Part shown: piece by piece, positions 16,777 through 26,176 of the stretch | Layout of the letters: the number at the start of each line of letters is the position of its first letter | How positions within the stretch are numbered: the first letter of the stretch is position 1 | From: Paenibacillus sp. | GTDB taxonomy: Bacteria > Bacillota > Bacilli > Paenibacillales > YIM-B00363 | Assembly (NCBI GenBank): GCA_041641375.1 | Contig: JBEPYM010000003.1 | Coordinates: 11,848-75,847 of the forward strand | DNA length: 64,000 bases | Reading direction: 5' to 3' | The notes under the pieces: model-generated | Database searches by the model: none | What the model was told of the DNA's origin: nothing | What the model saw: only the letters and a program-made list of their open reading frames with translations | Position numbers and translations under genes: made by a program

Positions 16777-18837
16777 TTATAACGCAGTTATTACCTTTGC
16801 TCCTGCATCACTTATAGTTTCTACATACTTAGTGCCGTTTGCAGATTCCCATATGATTTGCCTTGTTTCCAGTATCCTAGAATTCAAGTAAACTTTCATC
16901 GCTTCATAATTTCGGTTGTCAGTTTCTGCTTGAATAGGATACTTTGACATGTACACTTGTGTTGCATAAAACTCGAATGTTTTTCCTGCGGTTACACCAT
17001 CGGTAAATGTTGAAGCTGTTTGAATAATCGTGAATCTGTATATTCTAGCGAAGTTAGCAGAGCCTAAAGTTGTCTGAATGGCATCCATATCAAACCTAAA
17101 AATGATGGAGGATTCTTTTCCTACTACATTTAGGAAATCGACATCCATGGTCAATGTTGTGTCTCGGTACGTGTAAACCTGACTTACTGCCGACCCATCT
17201 AAGTATTCAACTACTAATTTATATTGCAGAACCTTTAATGTGGATGGGTATTTTATTTCTTGCCTTACACATAGATGTTTTGCTTTGATAGCGTATGTTG
17301 CTAGATTTCCATCCATAATTAAATTCGTTGACAACCCAGTAATTGCCGTAGAGGTAATCGTTCTACCTGTGTAGCTTACTGCATCTGATAAAGTTGTAGC
17401 TGCTGGATCAGCTAATAACCTCAACGTGTGATCATTGCCAGCCCAATAAGTAAACGTGTCCTTTCGGGTAGCGTCCATATACTGTGTCGCATAAACGGGT
17501 GAAGAGGTTTGTTTGTTGTTTTTCCCCTTAGAGTAGTAACCTAACGTCAAGTAGGTGCTATCTGATCTACACCCGTCCTCAATGTCAATATGCTGGACGT
17601 TTGTAGTTAGACTAAATACCTCGCTTGCATCCTTGGTCATGTTGCGAACTACTAATTTATTCACATTATCCATTTCAAAGATATCCGTGGTGTGTTTTAT
17701 GCCATCTAAGGTAATAGTTTGAACAAGTTCGCTTGCCCCTGTCGCCACTTGCATGGTTTTAAGCAATTCTTCGAAATAAGTACCCCAAAATCCTACACCA
17801 ATTCCAGTTCTAATCTTTACACCTATAGTAGAAGCCGTGCCCTCAATTGTCCCTCCGAAGAAGTTGACTCGATCAAACATATACAGTTCCACGTTATAGG
17901 TGACATTCTGTTCAGCCACTAAGTCATAGCACGAAATAGCGTTTACAGCATCATTAGAAGATAATGCATTACCTAGACGGAAACCAATATTATTATGCGA
18001 AGTTTCAATTTCGTTCGTGAAGTTACAAATCCATCCACTATTAAACTCGATCCCGATATTAAAGTAACGAACCTTAATATTTCTAAATGCGGAATGCACG
18101 ACTTCGTTTCGTGTGCCCGTGCTAACGAATTTTCCGATTTTTATTCCAAAACCTTTTTTAGTCGCATTCAAGTTATCCATTGAGAAATTTTCCAATATAA
18201 CATTGTACGCCCCATAAACTTCGATTCCCGAAACGGCATCATCATTTATAGTAAATGTTAATCTGGATAAAACCTTACCTTCTCCATACATCCTAAAATC
18301 TGAAAAGTCTATTACAAGAGGACTTGTGATTTTGTATGTCCCTCTCGAGATATACAAAGCGTTATGGTTAATTTTACAGTAAGCAATAGCATCTAGAAAA
18401 GCTTGGGTGTCATCATGACTCACCACCGCTCCTGCAACCGTTGTGCTTGCCGCATCGGCTAATGTAATCACTAAACCAGATATATTCGATACGATAGTGA
18501 CTAACGTTGCTCCTGCGGCACCTGCGCCTGCTACAGAGATACCTTGACCTACTGCGAATGTGGAAGCACTTGCTACGGTAAGCAGCTTTAACCCACTTGT
18601 TATGCTTCCTGTGGTGGTCGTATCACCATCCCCTGATGCGTTATAGTCCTTTACGTTGATGATTCCAAGTCGTGATAGTGTTGATGCTGATACAAGCCCT
18701 GCGGCATAATCGTAATTTGTGTTAATGGTTGATACTAAGTCCGCAACAGCCGCATCCATTGCAGCAGGATCAGCAGTCGTTCCCGGCGTAGTGTTCGCGT
18801 AAAGCGCATTAATATTTGTCGTAGGTACGTGCGCCAT
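16777..18837 (-). CDS. Tailspike / receptor-binding protein with pectin-lyase-like beta-helix
   Basis: 'INVKDYNASGDG..DDTQAFLDAI..LYISRGTYKITSPL' N-cap and beta-helix-like repeats. Confidence 0.8.
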   Translation of the reverse strand: MAHVPTTNINALYANTTPGTTADPAAMDAAVADLVSTINTNYDYAAGLVSASTLSRLGIINVKDYNASGDGDTTTTGSITSGLKLLTVASASTFAVGQGISVAGAGAAGATLVTIVSNISGLVITLADAASTTVAGAVVSHDDTQAFLDAIAYCKINHNALYISRGTYKITSPLVIDFSDFRMYGEGKVLSRLTFTINDDAVSGIEVYGAYNVILENFSMDNLNATKKGFGIKIGKFVSTGTRNEVVHSAFRNIKVRYFNIGIEFNSGWICNFTNEIETSHNNIGFRLGNALSSNDAVNAISCYDLVAEQNVTYNVELYMFDRVNFFGGTIEGTASTIGVKIRTGIGVGFWGTYFEELLKTMQVATGASELVQTITLDGIKHTTDIFEMDNVNKLVVRNMTKDASEVFSLTTNVQHIDIEDGCRSDSTYLTLGYYSKGKNNKQTSSPVYATQYMDATRKDTFTYWAGNDHTLRLLADPAATTLSDAVSYTGRTITSTAITGLSTNLIMDGNLATYAIKAKHLCVRQEIKYPSTLKVLQYKLVVEYLDGSAVSQVYTYRDTTLTMDVDFLNVVGKESSIIFRFDMDAIQTTLGSANFARIYRFTIIQTASTFTDGVTAGKTFEFYATQVYMSKYPIQAETDNRNYEAMKVYLNSRILETRQIIWESANGTKYVETISDAGAKVITAL

Positions 18838-18849
18838 GCTTCATCCCCC

Positions 18850-21072
18850 TTATTTTCCTGACAACCGCCCCATGTAGCGTTCTTTGTAAATGAGGACTGG
18901 CTCATCCCGGTTATTTCTCCATCTACGTTGAAAATAAAATCCCTTTCTTTTAACAATGATTCGTCTCGCGTTATTCAAAATGTCTGTGTAGTTTGTATTC
19001 GCCCATTCTGCTTCTGACCAGTCTGTTGTACCCCAAACGAATATTTGGTTTACGAGAGCAGAGGGAACTTCTACAACCCCTGTGCCATAGGTGATATACA
19101 CATCTAATTTAGAGACAACCGTCCATTGCTTTGCTTCTACCAAGTAATAATCCAAATAGGCTTGATGACCGTCGAAACCGAATGATAGAAGTCCGGAGTA
19201 TACATCGAAATCCACCACCGTTCCCGTTGTTCGGGCGTAATTGGTATAATCGGTGTACCAGTCCTCGTTGAACTTCTTCAGGAATCCGTCATCCCCGGCA
19301 AAATAAACAACCCCTTCGCTTTCAAGGAAGGAGTTAACATCTAAACCCTGCCACACGTACCATTCTGCATTACGAGTATCGAATCCGAATACATAACTTG
19401 TCGCGTTTCGTACGATTTCAAGTAGGTACATGTTGAATTTGGTGATGTATTTGCCTTTTGCCGCTTGTTTCTCCGCAACGGTGAACCCATAAGAGGCAAA
19501 GTCAATCTTATCCGTCATGATGTTTCGTGTGGCGTATTGTCTGCCTTGCGTGTCTAGTGTCGTGGTGAAAATCTCGTATACACCATCGTCCGATAGATAT
19601 AGGACAGTTTGGAAACCATTAGGGTAATTAACCGTGTCTATGGATCTCGGAGCAATCGCGCCGTTATTGGTGTTTAGATACTCCGATGAATCAAAGTCGT
19701 CAAAGGTTGTTCCAGTTAAAACATTCCATCCCCTGCGCATCGGGATAAAACATACTGAATCAAACGATACGCCGCATCCGTTGATATAATCGCCATCTTT
19801 GACTAGTAATTCATAGAATGTTTCAGGGAAATAGTCGAATTTATATCGTTTAGAATAGAACACTTCATTTGTGCCGGGACTTACAAAGACATGACCTGTA
19901 TGCTCCCAAATGAATTTATTCCCCTTTGTGTTAATACTCGCCAACACATTCGCAGGAGCCGGAGATGCATCGTCTGCCGCAGGGGTAACGTCAACCACCG
20001 TAGAACCTGTGTATTGTTTCAAATCCCCTGTGTCTGCGATTAATTTCCTTTCTGTTAGTGAAGAGTTTGTAAAATCAATATCATAGATGTCAGAGGTTAC
20101 GAGTGCATCTGTCATCGTTGCGGTGTGTGTGCTGTTGTTGTAGATCGAATAAAGCGCTGTACCGCTTGCAACTAATATTTCGTTACGAAAAGCTGTGGTA
20201 TTCGTTGTTGGGTATGCAGTTGTTCCACTTAACACTGTTGACTTATCAAATGTCGTTGTGGTTGTGTTGCCTTGTAGTTTCTCGGTGTTGGTCGTTGTTG
20301 AGATATATACATTGGTTTGATTGGCGTGGAACGGCACAGCGGGAACCGTCACCCTTAACTTAGCGACGATGCATGTATTTGCTACAGGCGGCGCGGTTAC
20401 AGTTAGAATAGGCGCATTGATGAATGTTGTTGTCGTGGCTATGTTAGATTGAAATTTCAGTGTTCCGCTTACTGTCCCTGCATAGATGCTTGCTGAAGTT
20501 GCGCCTGATGGCAGGGCAGGGATGGTGATGTCTAAGCGATTGCCTGCGGTAATCAATATAGAAGCTTCTGGACTTACCATCGTTTCTCCAACCGCATTCT
20601 TCCACGTATGAGCAACATAGTAAGTTGTGTCTGGAAGTGTCTCCGTTCCGTCTGCCGATTGTGCCAACACTGGAGCTGCCACAGGATTTGCAACAGCAGG
20701 TGGGACAACAACGGATATCTCGCTAGAAGCCTGAGTTTCGCCTGTATCTGAAGCGAATGTATAGCGGACATAGTAAGTGCCTGCGGGTAACGTGGAGCTT
20801 GCGTCCCCCACTGGCACGCCTGTAGGAGCTGCGCCTATTGCCACTTCCTGTTCAAAAGGGAACCGCATCACATGACGAATTGCACTCCCTAACGCTGATT
20901 GAATGATAGGACCTGAGCCATCACGCTTGCCTATCGTTCCAATCTCGCGCATCATGGCGTTTTTAGCGAGCGCTTGTGATTCAACCGGAAGGTCAGCAAG
21001 GTTTAACGCTGAGTTTTGCCCGCGAAATGCTTTTACTTCAACGGGTGGAAAATATGTCTGTGTTGCGGGCAT
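18850..21072 (-). CDS. Tail nozzle / tubular-protein-B-like virion protein with inserted Ig-like domains
   Basis: N-terminal 'LAKNAMMREIGTIGKRDG' pattern, beta-rich, 740 aa, between adaptors and tailspike. Confidence 0.65.
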   Translation of the reverse strand: MPATQTYFPPVEVKAFRGQNSALNLADLPVESQALAKNAMMREIGTIGKRDGSGPIIQSALGSAIRHVMRFPFEQEVAIGAAPTGVPVGDASSTLPAGTYYVRYTFASDTGETQASSEISVVVPPAVANPVAAPVLAQSADGTETLPDTTYYVAHTWKNAVGETMVSPEASILITAGNRLDITIPALPSGATSASIYAGTVSGTLKFQSNIATTTTFINAPILTVTAPPVANTCIVAKLRVTVPAVPFHANQTNVYISTTTNTEKLQGNTTTTTFDKSTVLSGTTAYPTTNTTAFRNEILVASGTALYSIYNNSTHTATMTDALVTSDIYDIDFTNSSLTERKLIADTGDLKQYTGSTVVDVTPAADDASPAPANVLASINTKGNKFIWEHTGHVFVSPGTNEVFYSKRYKFDYFPETFYELLVKDGDYINGCGVSFDSVCFIPMRRGWNVLTGTTFDDFDSSEYLNTNNGAIAPRSIDTVNYPNGFQTVLYLSDDGVYEIFTTTLDTQGRQYATRNIMTDKIDFASYGFTVAEKQAAKGKYITKFNMYLLEIVRNATSYVFGFDTRNAEWYVWQGLDVNSFLESEGVVYFAGDDGFLKKFNEDWYTDYTNYARTTGTVVDFDVYSGLLSFGFDGHQAYLDYYLVEAKQWTVVSKLDVYITYGTGVVEVPSALVNQIFVWGTTDWSEAEWANTNYTDILNNARRIIVKRKGFYFQRRWRNNRDEPVLIYKERYMGRLSGK

Positions 21073-21076
21073 GGAT

Positions 21077-21718
21077 TCACCCCCCTAGATTAAATATACG
21101 ATCAACGTCATTCACCGCAGGAACATAACCACTCGAAGAATATCCCCTAGCTGCTTCGTTCGCTAATACAAGGATTTTCAAGCGTTCATTTGCTCTTTTG
21201 TACATGGCCCGACTCTCTTCGTATGCATTGCGCGACTCCTTGGCGATTCCGATCACCCAGAAGGTCAATGCCATCAAACCCGCATCAGGGAAGTCCAGTG
21301 TGCTGTTAGAATCCGTTACGGGTAGCGGATATCCTACGTAATGAAGTTTATGGTTACCTGTCATACTTTTGGTGTTAATAGATTGATTATCCGACTCTCT
21401 CCACCAACCCGCAGGAGCGTCATACGCTGTTCGTTTGTTAACTGGTCGTCCGGTAGAATCTAAGATGATTCTGAGAGGACTATATAAGTCTGTGATATTC
21501 GCTGAATCTTTCTTAAACGTTTGGTCACCATCGGTTGTGATGTTTAGTGTGTCGCTGATCCTAGTCCGATAGGCGAGATGCACAAGTTCCTTTAAGGCGC
21601 GGTTGATGAAGATGACATAATTTGCAGTCTGCGCCGCGTCGGTTGAACCAACTTCTTCGTTATCCATAGCGTTCATGGATTTAGCCATGGTGATAACATC
21701 CCCGGCTGTTGCCATCAT
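21077..21718 (-). CDS. Head-tail adaptor (gatekeeper-like)
   Basis: Helix-beta-helix layout 'IFINRALKEL..HYVGYPLP'; position. Confidence 0.6.
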   Translation of the reverse strand: MMATAGDVITMAKSMNAMDNEEVGSTDAAQTANYVIFINRALKELVHLAYRTRISDTLNITTDGDQTFKKDSANITDLYSPLRIILDSTGRPVNKRTAYDAPAGWWRESDNQSINTKSMTGNHKLHYVGYPLPVTDSNSTLDFPDAGLMALTFWVIGIAKESRNAYEESRAMYKRANERLKILVLANEAARGYSSSGYVPAVNDVDRIFNLGG

Positions 21719-21894
21719 TTCACCGTCCTTATCCGCGTTTCGCCGCCTTTACTCTCGCAAAATTGTTTTATACTCTGATCCATCATCGCCGCGCTTTTTG
21801 TCGGGGCTTCAACTGTCTTTGTGACTTCTTGACCATTCTCTATGAGTGGTACGCGTTTACCGTCTTGGATGTGGGAGAATGTTAAGGTGAACAT
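21715..21894 (-). CDS. Small phage protein (59 aa), not in ORF track
   Basis: MFTLTFSHIQDGKRVPLIENG...; fills the gap between the two adaptor genes. Confidence 0.5.
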   Translation of the reverse strand: MFTLTFSHIQDGKRVPLIENGQEVTKTVEAPTKSAAMMDQSIKQFCESKGGETRIRTVK

Positions 21895-21895
21895 G

Positions 21896-22474
21896 TTACC
21901 AACGCTCCTCTATTACCGCAGGTTCATTTTGTAGGGAGTACGTTGCAATCACCTGCGTTTTCATCATCTGATACCGCCCATTATGTTTTTCCCATTCCTT
22001 ACGAGCCTGTGCTTCCCCTAGAGACTTTTTTATCTGTGGCAGGTCATAATACTCCATCTTGATATAGGACGTGTACAGAGGAACAAAGCGGTCTGCTAGG
22101 TCGATGTTTTCTGTGATAGACGCGTAATAGGTCATATTCCGGTAGAAGTCCACATTCAACGTGTCGGCTTCTGTGTAAGCTTGGGAGAAAATGATGTTCC
22201 CGTTATAGATCCGATAAGGCCATTTGAACTCGATGTCTAAGTCATCGTTTCGGTCACTTGTGAGCCATAAACGGTTTATGACTTTTAATGTTGCCGGCAG
22301 TGCAAACGAAATCTCTGTTGTCGTTAAAGTGATTGTCCCGGTACTTGGGATGTTGATGCTTAATCCAAACTCAGCCTGAGCTTCATTGCATTTGTTGATA
22401 ATCCATTCATTGTCCAACATATCGCCTACATCACGTTCAACCTGAAATCTAACTTGTTCCAGAGTCGTTGTCAT
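21896..22474 (-). CDS. Head-tail adaptor protein
   Basis: 'TTLEQVRFQV..IINKCNEAQAEF..FALPATLKVINRL' pattern. Confidence 0.6.
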   Translation of the reverse strand: MTTTLEQVRFQVERDVGDMLDNEWIINKCNEAQAEFGLSINIPSTGTITLTTTEISFALPATLKVINRLWLTSDRNDDLDIEFKWPYRIYNGNIIFSQAYTEADTLNVDFYRNMTYYASITENIDLADRFVPLYTSYIKMEYYDLPQIKKSLGEAQARKEWEKHNGRYQMMKTQVIATYSLQNEPAVIEERW

Positions 22475-22478
22475 GTTA

Positions 22479-22733
22479 TCACCACTTCAATCCAACGAGA
22501 TTTGTTGCGGTTGTTCCGGTCGATTTCACTTTGATGACGCGCAGATGATAAATAGTCCCAACCAGTGCGCCATTAAGCGTTACATCCGAACCATCAAATA
22601 GAGTGACCGCGATATTTCCAGCACCGCCGACATAGATAGCGCTAAAATCAACTGCTGTACTATCGTGCGGCGTGATCGCTGCCCCTCCTGTTGCTGCGTT
22701 TACGTGAAGCGGAGCGTTTTTGCTTGTGATCAT
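22479..22733 (-). CDS. Head-spike base-like small virion protein
   Basis: 'AITPHDST..AIYVGGAGNIAV..GTTATNLVGL' resembles RcGTA spike-base family. Confidence 0.65.
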   Translation of the reverse strand: MITSKNAPLHVNAATGGAAITPHDSTAVDFSAIYVGGAGNIAVTLFDGSDVTLNGALVGTIYHLRVIKVKSTGTTATNLVGLKW

Positions 22734-22894
22734 TGTTTATTCCTCCCACGTCTTTGAATTGGTTTATTTACAGGCTCAGAAGCCGATGTTTTCGTTTCTT
22801 TGGTAATTAAAAGTTGAGTTAACAGTTCGTTCGTCTTTCTTTGCTCGTCTACAAGTGCGTTAAGTGCATCTATTTCAAGTCTGTAATTGGACAT
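22730..22894 (-). CDS. Small phage protein (54 aa), not in ORF track
   Basis: MSNYRLEIDALNALVDEQRKTNELL...; ATGA overlap with next gene. Confidence 0.55.
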   Translation of the reverse strand: MSNYRLEIDALNALVDEQRKTNELLTQLLITKETKTSASEPVNKPIQRRGRNKQ

Positions 22895-22938
22895 TATTCC
22901 ACCCCTTATCTTTGAAAAAAAGAGGAGCCGAAGCTCCC

Positions 22939-23139
22939 CTATTTCTTCTCCATCAAATCGTGCTTAACGAGCATATTCCTCATCGAATTAAAGTCACGAA
23001 TGAATGACTTTTGACCGTCCGATAAGCCTTCTGTAATTCTTTTTTCAGATATGAACGGGTGTTTCTCTGTAGCTTTACTAACAACTCTCTGTGGTGCTTT
23101 TCCGGGTTCAGTAACTACCCATTGGGTATGCTCATTCAT
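22939..23139 (-). CDS. Phage hypothetical protein
   Basis: Coupled to upstream gene; followed by UUCG terminator (22915-22940). Confidence 0.5.
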   Translation of the reverse strand: MNEHTQWVVTEPGKAPQRVVSKATEKHPFISEKRITEGLSDGQKSFIRDFNSMRNMLVKHDLMEKK

Positions 23140-23468
23140 CGACTAAACACCACAGCTTTCCATGTGCCTGATGCAAGGTCTACCGTTGCCCCAGATTCGT
23201 TTTGAATGCGGACACTAACGGTATTAGCCGCAGATACATAGGCGGTCACTGTCAATCCTTGCAAGTCATACGGCGCGCTGACGATTGCAAAGTCACCTAA
23301 TGCTGCGCCTGTCACCGTAATGGTTGCCGTTGCTCCGGCTGCGTCGATGAGAGAAGCAGGGTCGATGGTGGCTGATCCTGCGTAGAATGCATTCATCACT
23401 CGTGTACCGTTTATTTGTAACTCATCTTCTGCATTCAAGATGCTTAGGGTTGTTTTACGTCCTGCCAT
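23136..23468 (-). CDS. Head decoration / fibre-like virion protein
   Basis: Ala/Thr/Val-rich beta protein after capsid gene. Confidence 0.55.
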   Translation of the reverse strand: MAGRKTTLSILNAEDELQINGTRVMNAFYAGSATIDPASLIDAAGATATITVTGAALGDFAIVSAPYDLQGLTVTAYVSAANTVSVRIQNESGATVDLASGTWKAVVFSR

Positions 23469-23515
23469 GTTTTACCTCCTCCCCAAAGTAAAAGAAGAGA
23501 GCCGAAGCTCCCCTC

Positions 23516-24481
23516 TTACGATGTTGCATCGTGACCGTACAACCAAGACCAGTTATGGAAACCGGCTTTCCAACGACCGATTACTTTGAACTTCAAGATT
23601 TCGGTGTCAAAGTCCGTGATGTTCCCGTTTTCCGGGCGGCGTCTCCAGAACCACTTGTGGAAACGTCTCATGCGCGCCGAATCGATAGCGAACCAATCAT
23701 GCTGACTTGTAAGGTATGGGTTAACGATGACATTAACTTCCCCTGCGAAGATGTTGATGTCATAGTTTGCGCTTCCTGGTTCGTATTTTGGAGCCTCTCT
23801 CCCTGGAAGTCCAGCAATTTGGAATGCCTTACGAGCATTGTACGGATGAACCAATATGGTATCGGGAATTACACCCATGATATTACCTTGATCGTCCTTC
23901 CAAGCTTGCATATTGACGGAAGTGGTATCCCACGCATCGATAGAAAGAGTGCTTGTCCCTTTGTTATCGTTGGTGTCCGTCGAATTCGTTGGACTGTATG
24001 GATGATCATCGGCACACAGCGCTTTCGCATCCGGTCCCGCAGCGCTATAAGTACGTCCACGGAAGTCAGTTGCCGTTGTTGTCAAGAATGCGTTGTTGAA
24101 TGTCTCGACCGCTTGATATTGGAATGTCTTAAATACACCGTCCGCAAGGTCTTTGATTTTGTCCTTGATAGAAGTGAGTTTCAAGTCATCAATCAAGTCG
24201 CGGTCGATTTGGCGGCCTAGAGAGAATTTTTTCATGGTGTAACGCTTTTGCCACAATTCTTCGATGTCTTGATAGAAAACTTGATTCGAAGATTGCCCCC
24301 ACTCCTCCATAAGCCCGGAAGCACCTGCGCCGTCGAAGCTTTCTGTATCTTTCTCAGAAGTTTCAACGCCGTACAGCATTGGAATGAAGTCCTTCTTAGC
24401 TTTCTTCTCCATTTCAACCGTGTACAGTTCGCGAAAAACCGGTTCCAATACGTCTGAATCCCATTGAAGTTTCGTTTGCAT
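23516..24481 (-). CDS. Major capsid protein (HK97 fold, Mu gpT-like family)
   Basis: 'KKFSLGRQIDRDLIDD', 'DAKALCADDHP', 'NWSWLYG'; followed by UUCG terminator. Confidence 0.8.
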   Translation of the reverse strand: MQTKLQWDSDVLEPVFRELYTVEMEKKAKKDFIPMLYGVETSEKDTESFDGAGASGLMEEWGQSSNQVFYQDIEELWQKRYTMKKFSLGRQIDRDLIDDLKLTSIKDKIKDLADGVFKTFQYQAVETFNNAFLTTTATDFRGRTYSAAGPDAKALCADDHPYSPTNSTDTNDNKGTSTLSIDAWDTTSVNMQAWKDDQGNIMGVIPDTILVHPYNARKAFQIAGLPGREAPKYEPGSANYDINIFAGEVNVIVNPYLTSQHDWFAIDSARMRRFHKWFWRRRPENGNITDFDTEILKFKVIGRWKAGFHNWSWLYGHDATS

Positions 24482-24495
24482 CTAGTTTCTCCCCC

Positions 24496-24909
24496 TTAGC
24501 TTAACTGCCGATTTTTAACTTTTACCCGGCAAGTTGTTTCAGATGTATTTTTCTCTAGAACAGAAAACGCGCCGCCTGTGATATCGGAGGAAAGAACGGA
24601 TAGACCGTTAACCGCAACATCTGCCGCGCCTACGCCTACGATAAATCCAGCGTCCGGCGTTCCGGTGTAAGGAGCCTCGAACACGTCACCTTCGCGTGCT
24701 AAAATTACCTCGATCGTTTGATCTGTTCCGGCTGTGACATCGTTGTTAGCGAATCCTGCAACCGCTGCACCATTCGTTGCAACTGTCCAGCGACCCGATG
24801 CAAGCTTGAGCGCTTCACCTTTCGTTGCTGCCTCACTGTTGGTCATTAGAATGTTGGAGATTCGAGTCGGCGGTGCGCCGTATTCGTTATAAATCCATTT
24901 GAATGACAT
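24496..24909 (-). CDS. Capsid cement / decoration protein
   Basis: 137 aa beta-rich protein between scaffold and capsid. Confidence 0.55.
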   Translation of the reverse strand: MSFKWIYNEYGAPPTRISNILMTNSEAATKGEALKLASGRWTVATNGAAVAGFANNDVTAGTDQTIEVILAREGDVFEAPYTGTPDAGFIVGVGAADVAVNGLSVLSSDITGGAFSVLEKNTSETTCRVKVKNRQLS

Positions 24910-24919
24910 GTCTCATACC

Positions 24920-25876
24920 TCACTTTTTAGCGTATTTTTTTGCCGCTGTTGGATTTAATCCGAACATAGAAAACGCCGTTGCAAGAGCCGGAGAAACTAC
25001 CGGTTCATTGTTCGGCGCTGTGTTGGTTTCCACTTGTGACCGTTTGCCTAGCATTTGGTCTTTGATAATGCGTTGTTCTGCCGCCTTCTTCGTCACGCCC
25101 TGAAATTTGTCAGAATGAGCTAAGATAAGCGCATCAAGCGGCGAATAACCGCGCTCAAGTCTCGACTTCATTTCAGGTGTCATAAACTTTGGCATTTCCC
25201 CACTGTCAAAAGCTTTTGAATCCTCGACAATATCAGGGAATACCGCCAATACACGAGGGTCGTTATACATTGATCCCCATTCTTGTTGCATGACTTGTCG
25301 TGACTCTTCTTGCTGGCGTTGCATTCTTTCAGTATCACGTTCTTGCTTGATCTGTGCAGCCTCTTTGACGATGGGGAGGTTGTCTAGGTACTCCTGAACT
25401 TGATCGGGGTCTAGACCGGCATCCTCAGCGTCTTGGCGAAGTCTTGCAATGCGATCATCAATTACTTGTTGCTGTCTCAACTGTTGTTCTTGCTCGATCT
25501 TGTCAAAGTTGGCGACATAATCGGTATGGTCTTTATACCCTGCGAGTTTGGCGGCTCGATCAAGGTTCTTTTCCAACTCCGCCTTACGTTCGCGCTCTTT
25601 GTCCAAGGCGAGTGATCTTTGCACCAATTCGGGAAGCTTATCGTCACTTACATCGGCTTCGATTTCTTCCTTATTGTGCTTGACTTTAATAGTCTTTGAC
25701 TCGGCTTTTGGCTCTATGGCAGGAGCTTCTTCCTCGTCCTTTTCTGACTCATCTTCGGTTTCGACTTCAATCTCAATGCCGAAAGCTTCGAATGCATCTT
25801 TGACAGCCGTTTGTTTCTCTTCAACTACGGTTTCTTGCGGCGTTTCCAAGCTCTGGCTGGCTTGTTCTTCGCTCAT
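24920..25876 (-). CDS. Capsid scaffolding protein
   Basis: Acidic N-terminus, 'IKVKHNKEEIE', coiled coil; position. Confidence 0.7.
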   Translation of the reverse strand: MSEEQASQSLETPQETVVEEKQTAVKDAFEAFGIEIEVETEDESEKDEEEAPAIEPKAESKTIKVKHNKEEIEADVSDDKLPELVQRSLALDKERERKAELEKNLDRAAKLAGYKDHTDYVANFDKIEQEQQLRQQQVIDDRIARLRQDAEDAGLDPDQVQEYLDNLPIVKEAAQIKQERDTERMQRQQEESRQVMQQEWGSMYNDPRVLAVFPDIVEDSKAFDSGEMPKFMTPEMKSRLERGYSPLDALILAHSDKFQGVTKKAAEQRIIKDQMLGKRSQVETNTAPNNEPVVSPALATAFSMFGLNPTAAKKYAKK

Positions 25877-25963
25877 TCAAATCTCTCCTATCAAATGGTC
25901 CCTTGGCATGGGACAGGGTAAAAAGCAATATTAAAGGGCGCTCCACGACTGGATGCGCCCCGT

Positions 25964-26176
25964 TTACCTGTACTCAAATACTGATTCGCCCAGATAGAAC
26001 ATTTTACCGTTTGCAAGTACCACAACTAACGGTTTTTCACAATATTTACATGTTCCAAAATCATGAATCTCAAGAAAATCAGCACCGAACCATTGTCTCT
26101 TGTTACAACATGTTATGAATGTTCCAAAATTATTTAGGTTATCGGTATTTAGTGATACACGGACTGTGCGTTTCAT
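25964..26176 (-). CDS. Small zinc-ribbon protein
   Basis: CC..CKYC; ATGA overlap with portal. Confidence 0.5.
   Translation of the reverse strand: MKRTVRVSLNTDNLNNFGTFITCCNKRQWFGADFLEIHDFGTCKYCEKPLVVVLANGKMFYLGESVFEYR

Noticed and set aside
16777-21072. Diversity-generating retroelement or invertible tail cassette
   Set aside because: No reverse transcriptase or invertase and no template/variable repeat pair seen
23531-24220. Long plus-strand ORF (and similar ones at 12097, 25548, 26789, 38753)
   Set aside because: Antisense shadows of well-supported minus-strand phage genes
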